Source of the DNA: Neoechinorhynchus agilis
Taxonomy: Eukaryota; Animalia; Acanthocephala
NCBI GenBank assembly: GCA_051530055.1
Contig: CM121341.1
Span: forward strand, 3,090,151-3,154,150
Reading direction: 5' to 3'
Length of the DNA: 64,000 nucleotides
Part shown: piece after piece, positions 23,460 to 35,677 of the stretch
Layout: every line of letters begins with the position of its first letter
Position numbering within the stretch: position 1 is the stretch's first letter
Translations under genes and position numbers: made by a program
The notes under the pieces: model-generated
Told to the model about the DNA's origin: nothing
The model's database searches: none
What the model saw: only the letters and a program-made list of their open reading frames with translations

Positions 23460-24802
23460 ATGTTCAGAGCAACGAATTCCATAATAGATGTAGACGAAGG
23501 GTTTCTAAAGAATCCGTCTCTTTCCACGGCAGGTGCAGTCACCGTCCGAGATTCAAAAGGCCGTTTGGTTACCCGTAAAGTGAAGGTTCACCGTTATATA
23601 GCCGGCAAACGTCCGAAATATGCTTCGTCATCGGATAGTGATGAAGACGATAAAAGTGAGCTGAACGAACGTCATGGCGATGTTGCTTTAATAAAAGAGG
23701 TTGAGGATCGTCGATTGCGGAGGTTAGAGAAGGCGGTCGATGGATTTGGGCGACGATCTCGACGGAACGTGGATGAGCTAAGGCAGTAGATTCCGGTTTC
23801 TGAAGACCGGGATTTTCTGTGTTACACACTTTCCAAAAAGATGATTCAGACGACGATACAGAAATCTTGGAAGCAAGACGTGAATTGATCCGGGAGCAGA
23901 GATTAAAGGATGACGTTGAGGAGGTTTTAGTCCGAGATGAAGATGCTAATGAACTATTAAACGGTGTCGTTGCGGAAGAGCAGTTTTATATTGGACAGGA
24001 AGACAGTCTGGATGAAGGATCTTCGAGTGATGAAGACTTTGAAGAAGACTTTGAGTGCTTGCCGAGACTAAAACCAGTATTTATTCCTCGAGTGGATCGT
24101 GTGACTATTAAAGAGACTAACGAAGACGAGGAGTATTTGGAGATTGAAAAGAAAATGGAAGAGCGGAAGGTAGAGGCTATGAAGATTGTTGAAGAAGCTA
24201 TAAAGATGGATATGGATAAGAAAGTTGATGATGACACAGATCGATTGATTTGTGATCTTGTGACGGACGATGAGAATGATGAGGTGGAATATGAGAAATG
24301 GAAGTTGCGAGAACTTAAGCGAATTAAGCGCGACCGTGAAGAACGGGAGGCTGAAGAAAAGGAGCGTTTAGATATTGAACGTAATCGAAGATTGGCCGAA
24401 CAAGGTCGTCTCAAAGAAGTTAGTTCGATTCCACGAGTCGTTGTGAATGAACAGCCGAAAGGGAAGTACAAATACCTTCAGAAGTATTACCACCGCGGTG
24501 CGTTTTATCTTGATAAGGACGAAGAAGTTCTTAAACGCGATTTTGCTGAACCAACTCTTGAGGATCATTTCGACAAAACCGTCCTTCCTAAAGTGATGCA
24601 GGTCAAGAATTTCGGAATGGCCAGTAGGACAAAGTATACACATCTTGTTGATCAGGACACTACTGCTTTCGATTCTGCGTGGGCTACAGAAAAGTCCATG
24701 GTTTCCAAGTGGCATACAGCCCGTGGTGGAGGAATGAAGCAGATATTTGATAGACCTTCTCTTGGCGGCAGACCGAAAAATAGAGATAAAAATATTGATT
24801 GA
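23460..24802 (+). CDS. MFAP1: Microfibrillar-associated protein 1 (spliceosomal B-complex factor), with an apparent 1-nt frameshift at ~23778 and a probable 45-nt intron at 23796-23840
   Basis: STAGAVTVRD...KVKVHRYIAGKRPKYA; PRLKPVFI..DRVT; EYEKWKLRELKRIKRDRE; KGKYKYLQKYYHRGAFYLD; KVMQVKNFGMASRTKYTHLVDQDTTAFDSAW. Gene identity is clear; whether this copy is intact is not. Confidence 0.93.
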
Positions 24803-25238
24803 TTCCGATCTGCGTTTTTTATAATAGAGATATGTGTTCGGTTGAGATTTTATCCGATTATTGTGCACATATTCAAGAATTCTACAACAAAAGAAGTTAA
24901 ACAGCCGAGTATAGCAATTTTCGTCATTTATAGCCTTGAAACGCTTGAGTTTTAAAATGGTCTTGAACTTAACGAATTTGCATTTTTTTTGTATTTAAAC
25001 CTTTTAGACTGACTGCTAAAGTCTGTACAAACTTTAATTTGCCTGGTAGTATTGAAAGAATTTTTGTTTCTTCTTATTAAATGTGCTAAATTTGATTTCA
25101 CTCTTCCACGATTTAATACTTGCACGATTGTTGATTAAATTATCCATTTCACGATCCGGAGAATTAAACGAATTATAAAAGTTGTTTACCCATAAAAAGA
25201 TTTTTATATCGAGAGAAAATCCATATCAGGATGTTAAA

Positions 25239-25373
25239 TTTTGACTTGTGGTGAAGATAATCACTCGGTTAAAAATATTTCGAAAGAGGAATTGAGAAGG
25301 CGAGGTTTCCTTCGAAATATTTCCTAATAATAAAATGATTTTTAACCTTGAGTATTTTCACCACAAGTCAAAA
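25239..25373. repeat. Foldback hairpin (~36-bp arms plus an inner stem)
   Basis: ttttgacttgtggtgaagataatcactcggttaaaaat versus atttttaaccttgagtattttcaccacaagtcaaaa; inner atatttcgaa / ttcgaaatat. Confidence 0.75.
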
Positions 25374-25458
25374 AATTTTTATGTACGATTTAATTTAGTT
25401 CTTTGCGGTTTTAATTTTTAAAAGGATGTCGTAGTGGACAAACTTAAGAAATCTTTTA

Positions 25459-26100
25459 AGTTCTTAGTCACATGGATTTTGCGTTTTATTTGTTGGAAGA
25501 ATTTTTTGACTTGGTGCGAAATTCGGATTAAATAAGAAAAGATTTGGATTTAAAAACTAAAGCCTATAAAAAAAGATTTTTTTTTAAATATTGGATAATT
25601 CAATGATCGTTTTTGGCGCAAGGAAAATACCCTCATTCGCTCTGCAGTTTGCCAGAAAAGCGATGATTCTTCAAAGGCTTTTTATTATTTTTATTGTTAT
25701 TATTTATTCCATTGCGCTTCCAACGAAAACATTGACAGGTAACGTACAAAAAGTTCTTTTTTTCTTGTAAACTTTGCCTAAAATTCTTAAGACGACACTA
25801 CAACTCAAGTGGTAGCTACAAATACTTTTAATCATTTGAGACCTTTACTGAAAACAACGACCTTCGTTCTTAGTTCAATAGCACTTCTTTGTATCGGATA
25901 TTTAATTGTAAGATTCTACTGCCCTAGAAGGTAACAATTTTCTATCGAATGTTCAATTCACTTTTGAACGTTTAGGACGGACAGGAATGAAAGTGTCGAA
26001 TATGAACTCTTGGAAGGTAGGTCATTAATTGGTGAGATGTTACCTTAGAATAAGTTAAGTGGAATTATAATTTATTAATAAAGAAAATGTTGATGTGAAT
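25459..26100 (-). repeat. ~640-bp repeat, right copy (inverted relative to 16816-17456)
   Basis: Near-identical reverse complement of 16816-17456. Confidence 0.95.
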
Positions 26101-29079
26101 TAATTTTAATTATTAATAAATCGAAAAGATTTCTTCATCTCCGATTTTCATGTGACACATAACATTTCGTACTAATTATCATATCTTAGAAAAAATTTTC
26201 AACTCTTAAAATTGTTCCATCGATCAAGCTGCCATTTAATTTCCTGTTTTTTTCACTGATTTTCAAATTATACATTATGTACGAATCGATCGAAGTCAAT
26301 TCTAGTTAAATTTTAACATTTCTACATTAAAACTTTAAGGTTTTTATCAAGAGTTTGAAATTCCATTTAAAAGAAAAACACGTCTTTTAAATCTAAACAT
26401 GGGCTTGAAATTTCGTGCGTCTCGATTAATTCAGAATCAATTGTTTAACATTTGCTACAAAAATATTAAAATGTAAAATTTTAATAAATTTCATCTGTAT
26501 ATATATTGAAGAATTCTATATTCCGGCTAATATAACATCTCACTTGGTTCTATGACCATAAAAATGTATACAATTATCCCCAAATCATGCAATTATGACG
26601 ATGCAGGAGATGTAACCGCATTCTAATTGAATTATCCTTGCTAATATCTATTATATAATTCACTGGTAGAGCAATTTTTTGTACGTCCATAATCAAAGTG
26701 TTTTCTTATTTAAAGATATTTTCGCATTTGTGTGGCTTAATCGGTTACATTTAAAGTATATTTGAGATTACTCGAATGCCATTTAGCCGGCTTATTTGGG
26801 CACACAGTCAACCGAATTGGTCATGGACCATGTAAGTTAATTGATGGAGATATCGGAATATCCGGAGGAATCTCAAGTTGCTGCTCTCAACCGTAAAAAA
26901 TAATTTCATAGCACCAATTATTTAATGAATTTTAATATCTTGAAAACTATTAAAATTTTAATTAGTAAGAAATAGAAAGATTTTAGTTTCAGCCTACAAA
27001 AGCAGATCAATAAGTAATCGTTATACCAAATCGAAACTTGAAGTAAAATCACCCTCTTGTGTGAATAAAGTTTTCCTTGTACGGTTCGAAAATTGTGGAG
27101 TCAGGACATTCTGTAATAGCGAATGTAAATAGTGTTACTCAACGAATGCCATAACCAATAGAACTCATTTCTCGATGTACAAATATGGAGCACTACGTTC
27201 TATTCTTGCAAGGAAACACCATTAAAAGATCATGACAATCTAATAGTTTAGAAGGAATGACCGATGAACCAAGGTATGACTCTTACTCCTTACAAATCTA
27301 TTGATAAGCTTTTTGGACAATTGCTTAGCGTGTTAAGCGTGAAATTGTCATTTCTCACGTAGGGGATTGAGTAATGCATTTTTGGGATTTGAATTACTTG
27401 AAAACATTTATAGGATTTAGATTAAACTGACACAAACAATTTAATCGATTGCATTAGAGCGATTCGGTATCTAACTCTTGGCTTTTTATCTGATCGGTAA
27501 CACACAAAATTTGATTTTATGATGCGAAAACACATGAAGAATATTTGAAACCGGTCGTTATTTCCCGAATTTGTGATCCCACGTTTGAATAGTCCGTTTG
27601 CCTCGATCTTAATTGCAATAATAGATGCTTGAGGGGGTTCTTCGACTAATTAGGCAAACCAAGCGGCCTTTCTGTAATATTATCTAAGACTTTTCGAGCT
27701 TTCAACGGATGACTGCTACGGCGAAAATCGCAGTCCCACTGGAGTCCGTAAGCTTCTTCGCACTTTATTAGTTCGTTAAAGAAAACATATTGGGATAATA
27801 AAACCTTTTTAATTCTATATAATTCAATTACGACGCTTATGATTATTACGATCTTTGCTGGAAATCCTCGATTTGCGTTTTTTATGCTTTACATTGACAC
27901 GTTCAGCAAGTGACTAATGGCAGATTTTTGTGACCGCGCCGGGAATATTTATGATAATGGTATGATCATCATCTAGAAATAACGGAGCAGTGCGTCTGTT
28001 TGCTATAAATAAGCCGTAAAATCCTGAAATTATACAGTGTTAACAAAGCGCCGGATATTTCATGAAGTAGGAAATTGTGTTTGATAATTTTTTACATAGA
28101 ATCAAATTTTATCATAAAATGTTTATCCGAAAATGTGATCATTCATTCTCGGGACTTAAAGTCTGACTTTTGAAAATCCGTTGCCTTTTATAAACTGCAC
28201 AAATCTTACAATTTTTAATAGAAATAATTCAGCAAAGTTCTGCTCCAATAAAGATTAATATTTTGACGATGATCAACATTTTAGTTAACATAAAAACATT
28301 ATCCGAAAAAGTGCTAGCCCAGACCTTTAAAAATCCTCGCTATTTCTAAGCTCCGCAGTGTTTAAAACATTTAGTACCTATTGTCCAACACTTACAAGAT
28401 TTTCAAAGTTTCCACATCCAAAATTTGTTAGCCAACATTGAAAATCTTTCCATTTTAAATTATATTGAGTGACCTTTTGTTTCATTTAAAATTAAGGGTC
28501 TACTATGTTTATGGAAGATTCTGATTATGTTTTTAATTGCTAAAAAGATATGAGAGCGGATAGCTGTTTAAGATATCGAGATTTTTTTAAATACTAAAGT
28601 CAGCGTAAAAATAATGTTGATAGTAGGAGTAAAAGTAGTCTTTTTAAAGATCTAAGTCTTCTCCTCGTTAAAATATATTACTGATGAAGATATTTCAATA
28701 AAAGCCGTTGCTAAAAGAACAAGAAACCCATCAAAATATTTTTTTGCACATATTATTAGGTACTCCATTCCGTACCAATCCTCCGTCCATTTCCGTTACG
28801 CCCTGTAGAGCAAACCAAACTAATTCAACAAAAATATCGACTAGATTGCTCGTCTGCGCACTCCTTTAAATGTTACTCAGCAAAATATTACTTTCGATGT
28901 CTCCAAAGGATCACTTAGCGGCGCTCAACGATGCTCTTCAGTGTATCGACATTTTGTTCGAACGAAAGGACTTTTACTGCCATCACGTCGTCTAATAATT
29001 AGCATTGCTCCTCCATTCCCAAACGTTTCTAAAACTTTATTATGCAAATATGCCATCTACAGCGACAAGAAATTCCAAA

Positions 29080-29310
29080 TACCTGTTTGGACATAGTCTC
29101 GTTTGCTCAAATCACCGAATTACTGGACGGCGGATAGGCAAGTTCTAAATGCCAGACCAAGCACTGGGAAATCAGTCCTCTCACTGCCGATTAGTTTGGT
29201 TGCTCTGGATTCAATTTCAATATATGCAAACTAGTTGCTGATTATATCCCTCTTAAATGAAAAGAGTCGACATCGATCATACGAACTTCATGTGCTTTGA
29301 AACATTTCAA
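29080..29310 (-). mobile_element. Heavily decayed LINE C-terminal remnant
   Basis: Frameshifted reading KAH.VR...SATSLHIL / IESRATKLIG...LGLAFR resembles the post-RT motif of non-LTR elements. The match is weak. Confidence 0.3.
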
Positions 29311-32300
29311 TGCTTAAGAATGGAACTGCAGAAAATTATCCTGGTTTCAAGAAAAATGGAATTCTCACAACGAAATTTTTGATGGTACCACTGGCTCTCA
29401 TTTCGACGGCCTAAATCCATGACATTGTCGTTATCTTCATAGATCTTATCAATTCCGGGATGTTTTGATAATCAGTTATAATTATTAGACTTTTGAAGTT
29501 TAGCTTCAAGAAAATTACATTCTACGACCATGAGTTGCCTTTTTTGTATGGGGAACAATGTTTAATTGTCGCTTTGATGGGAGTTTCCTTAATGTACACC
29601 CATCAGCGTTCTAATGTCACACTTTTTTTTATTTTAAGTGCTTTAAGAAGTAAAAATGTCCGATGTGAGACCTAAACGCAATCAGACAATTCCATCTAAA
29701 TAAAAGAGGAGAAGGTATGAACTATTAGCTAAATGTAATATGCGATTTAGCGTCGTAGGTTTCGAGAATTTTATATCAATGTTAAAATGTTTGCTTTATA
29801 CCACTCCCGCAAATACAATTCTCTAATCTAAACGCTCTAATCTTTATAACATCTCATGAGAATTGATCTGGCGTTAAATTCAAATTATATAAATTCCCAC
29901 CAATCGAGTTTGTATTTGTTTAGTTTCTAATTTTAAAGACTAAATCATTTATTTCGTATTTACCACAACGTCCTTCGTTTGATTACGATTTCGCCGAATA
30001 AAAAACCTCATTGGCGAAGATGTATTTTCTTTACGAATTAAGAAATATCACGACCTAATCTTCGTTTTTTCATGGAAGTTTCTTCTTTTCTATTAGTCTT
30101 TTAATTGTACAGACCAGAGACGAAATGTCACATGCCCCTCTCACCAACCTGTCAGCCGAGATTTCCTCGCCGATTATCGCATCCGCAGTTGTCTTTATCC
30201 GATTCATCACTGATTGGCCTCCCTATTGAATTTTGTTCACATAAAGAAAAACATCAATGATTGTCAATGCGAATCTAGACAATAACTGTCTCAATTTAGA
30301 GTAATAAAAGACAGAAGTTGATATTAAGAAAGCTCTATTGCAGTTTCCATCTTAGCTGACGGCAGCCCCTGCGTAGTATCTTTTTTTTCACCCACTCGAT
30401 GGCTCTCCGCTCATTTAAGTTTAATGAAGTCTTTTATTTCTAAAGCGTGGCTAATTTCCTAAGGGAATAAACTAAATACTCCAAAGTTTTCTTTTTTTGC
30501 GAATTTATAATCCCAAAAGGATCAAATGTAAAAAGGTTTTATTCGCGCTTCGTTTTCAACAACAAAAGATTTTGTGATTGTCTAGGACACAATAAATCTT
30601 AAAAGTTATCATTTCAGATCTCGATGTCGAGGAGGAGATGAACCAAGTGAAAGAAACCGCTTCAATAAAGCCTTTCAATTCTCCTCCATTATTCAAAACA
30701 AACAATCAAGAATTGTGCTAAACTTAAGGTATATTTAATTTTTGTTTCACACATTTATTGGGCAAACATATCTTTTAAAAAAAATTTCATCATTCATTGT
30801 TTCGTAAATTTTTAGAATAGGAATTTATCATCCTGAATATTTTTTCTCGATTTATTAGACTGTATTTAAAACGCCTTCAATGCCGTCCTTAGCTAAGTCT
30901 CAAGAAAGCATGTTGGTTAAACATCATTCTTGTTATCCTTGCCATAAATATGCATATCCCGTAAGCTGCACTGACAGCGAGCACTGTGAGTAGATAGTTT
31001 GAGTATACGCCCATCAGAAGCAAGAGGAAAGGCTGCCAGTACTCAAGCGACGACAGTGCCTGTTCCGCAGAGTATATCGAACTCTGATTAACTGATTGGA
31101 ACTCGACGTAAAACGAGGTAGCATTGCGCTATGTCCTGTAAATCGTCTTAAAGTCTAGAGTTATAGAATTGAGAAGGTTCACTGATTCAATTCAGCGTCG
31201 ACGAGAATAAGAAGGGGAAACCATTTACGCATCCATTAGCTGCTGAGAGACATGCGTAAATAAGCAGGTTCGATACTTCCTTTAAAAATTCGTAGAACTT
31301 TATATGGCAGCCTGTGTCGAACTCACAGAAGGGGAACTTTTGACTTCTGGGAGATTTCTCTATAGTCGCAAGCACGTGTTTTCTTGCTCTTTTAGTCTAC
31401 GAAGTTCGTAGGATAAGAAAATGAACAATCAAAGTGAGTATTTTAGAATTTGTTGTACAAAAACGAACTCGAGATATAAGTGTCTTATATTGGGAATTAA
31501 ACCTCCTACCATTCACTTGTCCTCTAGAAAATCAGTGCTGATGAGTTGCTCTATTAAAAAAGTAGTCCAGTCGTCTTTTCGCCTTTGGGAATAGATAGTA
31601 GGAGCATATTTTTTGCGGATTACTTGACAGTCGATAAAGACGCTACCAGCACACCAAGAAACTCTCTAACCTAACCTCCCTTCTCTTGATTTTCGAATTC
31701 TCAGAATTATTATTAATAATAACATAAAAATCCGTAAAGAATATTGAGAACATAGATGAGAATTAGTAATACAGAAAAATAAATTCATAAAAGAAAATCT
31801 CATCGCTGCCTCGAGCCTGCCGTTCTTAGTCAGAGATAAAACTCAGAATGTAATCCCGCAATAAAAGTTGAGTGCTAAGATTTGTAAGATTTAAACCGGG
31901 CCGTATCGCTGTCTATCATTTCGTCTTCCTAAGCTAGAACGAATATCTGTAGAATTCGGAAGCCAGTAGTAACCTTGATTATCGATATTTTAGTGATAAA
32001 AAGTCTAAAAAAATTGGTAAATTGTTTTTGCCAGTTTAATACAGTCCTTAATTTCATAATATACTTAATTGTAGATTGGAATATACGCATCCTCAAACAC
32101 ATTTAGTTAGCACCCCGTTACCCCATTTTTCTACTGTTTTTAACCGCGAAGGGATTTCTCAGCAAACCGAAGGAAAACTTATATCCGAATTTCTGACCAC
32201 CAGTAATTCTACAGAGTGCATTTATTCATCCTAATGATGGTCACTTTAATCACTTCGACGTATAGCTGGTCAGTTTGGTGACAAATTTGGATTCTGCGTG

Positions 32301-33104
32301 CACTTGTTCGGTCGAAATAGTAAACTCTAATTTCCTATAGCCAATTCGAGTATCTAATACTCAAATAAAAAATTGAGCTTATATATCCTTTCAATGCATT
32401 GTTCTTATACCAAGGACTCGAAGGAAACAATAAGGTGTTGATTGTCCTGTACAAATAAATGCAGTGGAAATATGCCCTCTTGACATTTTGTGTATAAAAC
32501 CTTGGATTCTTAAATAATCTTCAGATTCTACTTCTCGTTATCTCTGTATAACATTGCCTAGGTAGTTTGGGTTATACTTTGTCCATTTTTGTTTTAGTTG
32601 GAAGCCAATTAAATCAGAGAATTTTTTCGAGAAAATATTTGATAGATTCCCATTTTAAGAGAAATATCCAAACTTAATACAAACCGAAAAATGCAAGTTT
32701 AATTAATATTGAATTAAACAACGAAATTTTAAAGTGTAACGAAATTGCGGCTATCTATAAAACAATTATCTCTAAATTCAAAGTATAAAACAAGTATTTC
32801 CAATCAGAGTTTTGGGTAAACGTTTGTTGCACCACATTATCTTGTAACTTTGATCTTTTTCGAATTAAAAATTCGACGTTAATAATTGAAAAGTTCATTA
32901 TTTAAATTGGCAGCCTATTGAATTTTTTTTCAATTAGTATAATGCACTTTTCAAGATACCGTTAGATGGGACTAAAAAAATTCTCATTAGTAAATTGAAC
33001 TGAATAGTTGAATAGTACTGTATTTTTTTCAGTTCCCTTGAACGTCTGTAAGATGTATGACTCATTCTTCATTGTTCGCAGAAAAGGCGACAAGTGCACT
33101 TAGG

Positions 33105-34365
33105 ATGGTATTTGTACAATTTCTGTCCCATTCATCGCCCGCCTTCATTTGACACCAGTACAAACCCCATTCGTTAGTCCATATGCACAAAATATGTAGA
33201 CACAAACCTCGATGGTCCACTGAATTATCTGGTCAGACGCCAAAATATCTCTCTCTCACACACAATGTCGTTATAGCGACAACCAATAATCTAATCTTCA
33301 ACTCTCACAACTTGCTTGTATACTCATTTAGGTCGCCCAGCCATCATCATCAACAACAACAACTAGAACAAAAAGCAAGTTTTGTAGTGCAACACGATTC
33401 AGCATTTCGAAAAATGAAGTTCCGCTCTGTTACTTTGATCGATTTAAACAATCAGCCCTTCAAGATTGGACTCGGCATCCTTAAATTTAAAGCACCGGTA
33501 TCAATTCGTTCTTCATGGGAGCAATTTGATGCTCGGGACAAATCCTTGAAAATGCATGACAAAAAGAGACGAGGTCTTTATTTTATCTTAAGCCATGAGA
33601 ACCAACTATGTCGCGTGGAAAGACTCAATTATAGATTGTACACTCAAGGTCTTCGAAAAGGTGAGTTCATTTAAAGTACAAAAGTATTCTCTTTTGGAAT
33701 TCAATCTTTTGTTTGTTCCACGGACGAGTTTTCGCCTAAACACAGCCTCGCTTTTAACTTAAAACAAAGAATCTGACAATTTTTTTTCAGTCTACATGGT
33801 AGGGTCGTACATAACACCATCAGTTCATTTCATAACAAAGGAACTTGTCTTTCACTGTTTTACTCCGACCTCCTCTGAGTTATTGCACATAATCAACAAA
33901 GAGGTTCTTGTGCCATCCAGAATGTCATTATTCAAATACCTCCGGACAATCTATTCAGCAAGTGAGTTCGGACGCCGATTAAAATCCCCTTGTCGAACAT
34001 CTAGACTTAATCAAATATTTGAACATTTTTGTAAGGTTTTCAGAAGGGTAAATAAACCTGCACTTTTGCACCCACAAACATAGATTCCACAGCCGGCCCC
34101 ATTTCCAAGAACCGGTCTGACTGCACTTCTAACTGATGCATGAGAATCACCGTAGTCTCCACGCAGTCAAGTATAACGACTAACCCTTCGAAGGCAGTTT
34201 TCAGACTATTTGCACATTTACGCTTCCGTTTCATGTAGACACCGAAATGTGCCCCTCCGGAGTCCATTAAAACGTCTGAGGACTGGAGAAGCCGAGTGTG
34301 GATTCATTGCTCGTGTTCCTTCTGTCCCATGGAAAGTCAATTCGATTTCTAGCCATCGATCATTG
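33105..34365 (+). CDS. Multi-exon coding region of unknown product (exons about 33105-33107, 33159-33231, 33277-33660, 33824-33961, 34205-34365), possibly the 5' part of the large PDZ gene
   Basis: A chain of GT-AG junctions stays in phase, with 51- and 45-nt introns typical of this window and strong donors GTGAGT (33661, 33962) and GTAAGA (34366). It links ORFs 33183, 33796 and 34210. Confidence 0.45.
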
Positions 34366-35677
34366 GTAAGATGCACTCGATGTCCGAAAACGTCTGTTTT
34401 CCCTGGTGGACCGTCCGAAAGTGTCATAATAGTCCGGGGCATTACTCATGATATAGTCAAAACGAAGATTAATCATCGGTACTTTATATAGGTATCTGTA
34501 AAGATAAGAAAAATACTTTCTCATGAATTCTGGACAACTATTGGTCGAGTCCAAAAATGAACTGGTCCATTCATCATTTTTGTTTTGTATATTCGAACTG
34601 TCGTAGCTTGGGCTTTAATCGGGCACATTTGCAAGTATAATAGCCTTTTACAGATCTAAGTATTTCTTACAGGTGTCGTAAAAACTAACCGTGCAGTCCA
34701 TTTCGCCCAACTCTCTCACATCTTCAGTTGATTTGGCTTGTCGTGTTCTCATCAACATCGTAGTCATTTCCCAGGTCTCTTCTGTCTTGCACTAAGATCA
34801 GTCTATCAAAGAAATGACCAGGGTTTAAGAACTGCTTGTCGATAATGAGAAAAAGAGTAATCCGATTAAATCGAGACTAGGCATATTACACTCTCCCTCT
34901 TCGCTACTCCATCAAGACGGGCAGTCAAGATCCCGTGTGTGAGACCGAATGAGTCATATCTTTAAATGTATTTTATTTCTGTCATTTTTGTTAATATGGA
35001 TGTCCGGGAACGAGAAAATTGGAGTCGGAATGTAAGAAATTTAGAGTGAAATGTGGAGATCTATGATAAAAAAAACGTAGGAGTGCCATTACAATAGGTC
35101 TAGTTTCACTAGTTACGTAATTTCTTAATTTCTAATGATAAATTATCACTAAAAACACTAATGTAATTTTTTGTATTCTTAGATGCCTACTCCAATTTGC
35201 CTGCATTTTAATAACTTTTTGTCGGTTAAATTTTTCATTCCGCAAATTTATGCACTCAAGAAAAAAAAAGATTATAAGCGATCAATATGATGAATGTTTT
35301 TAGATTGAACGTAATGAGGCGTTCCGAATTCCTTGGCTTCCATAGGGAAACCCTTTCCCCTTTTCCCGCGCCTACCGGGTTTGCGAAAAGACATTTACGG
35401 AACATTAGAGTGCAGATGTCTCGATTGCTCTGTATAAGCATTGAAGGTCTCAACGAACAAGGACAACCGAGTCCAACTATTAGCACAGTTATAACGAGAC
35501 TCGGGAAACTTTACTAATGCATACCTCCGTAAAAACATTAGGAAATGATTATTTTACTTTATTTCAAAGTCTAAAGATTCCCGGCTCTTAGGGCATCCGG
35601 TCATTCGCATAAACTAAATACTGCGTCCACTTGTCAACCATCTAACCCGTCTCCCGCTCTGAAACCTAGGCGACATT

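Noticed and set aside
23986-24868. Long antisense ORFs over MFAP1 (likewise over the IF gene, the giant ORF and RBM45)
   Set aside because: Shadow frames produced by biased codon usage on the coding strand; no independent signals.
28113-28340. Degenerate ~177-bp direct repeat (cataaaa..ttatccgaaaa.gtg)
   Set aside because: Only two poorly matching AT-rich units; not enough to call a satellite.
31538-31556. CTGATGAG-ttg-CTC hammerhead half
   Set aside because: The required GAAA is absent. The same applies to CTGATGA at ~18230 and 28681.
34695-34730. Minus-strand CTGAAGA...GAAA hammerhead-like spacing
   Set aside because: Stem II does not pair beyond 1-2 bp and there is no NUH site or poly(A) signal.
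35026-35040. miR-1/206-like string cggaatgtaagaaat
   Set aside because: The first base and 3' half differ from miR-1, and no complementary arm forms a precursor hairpin.
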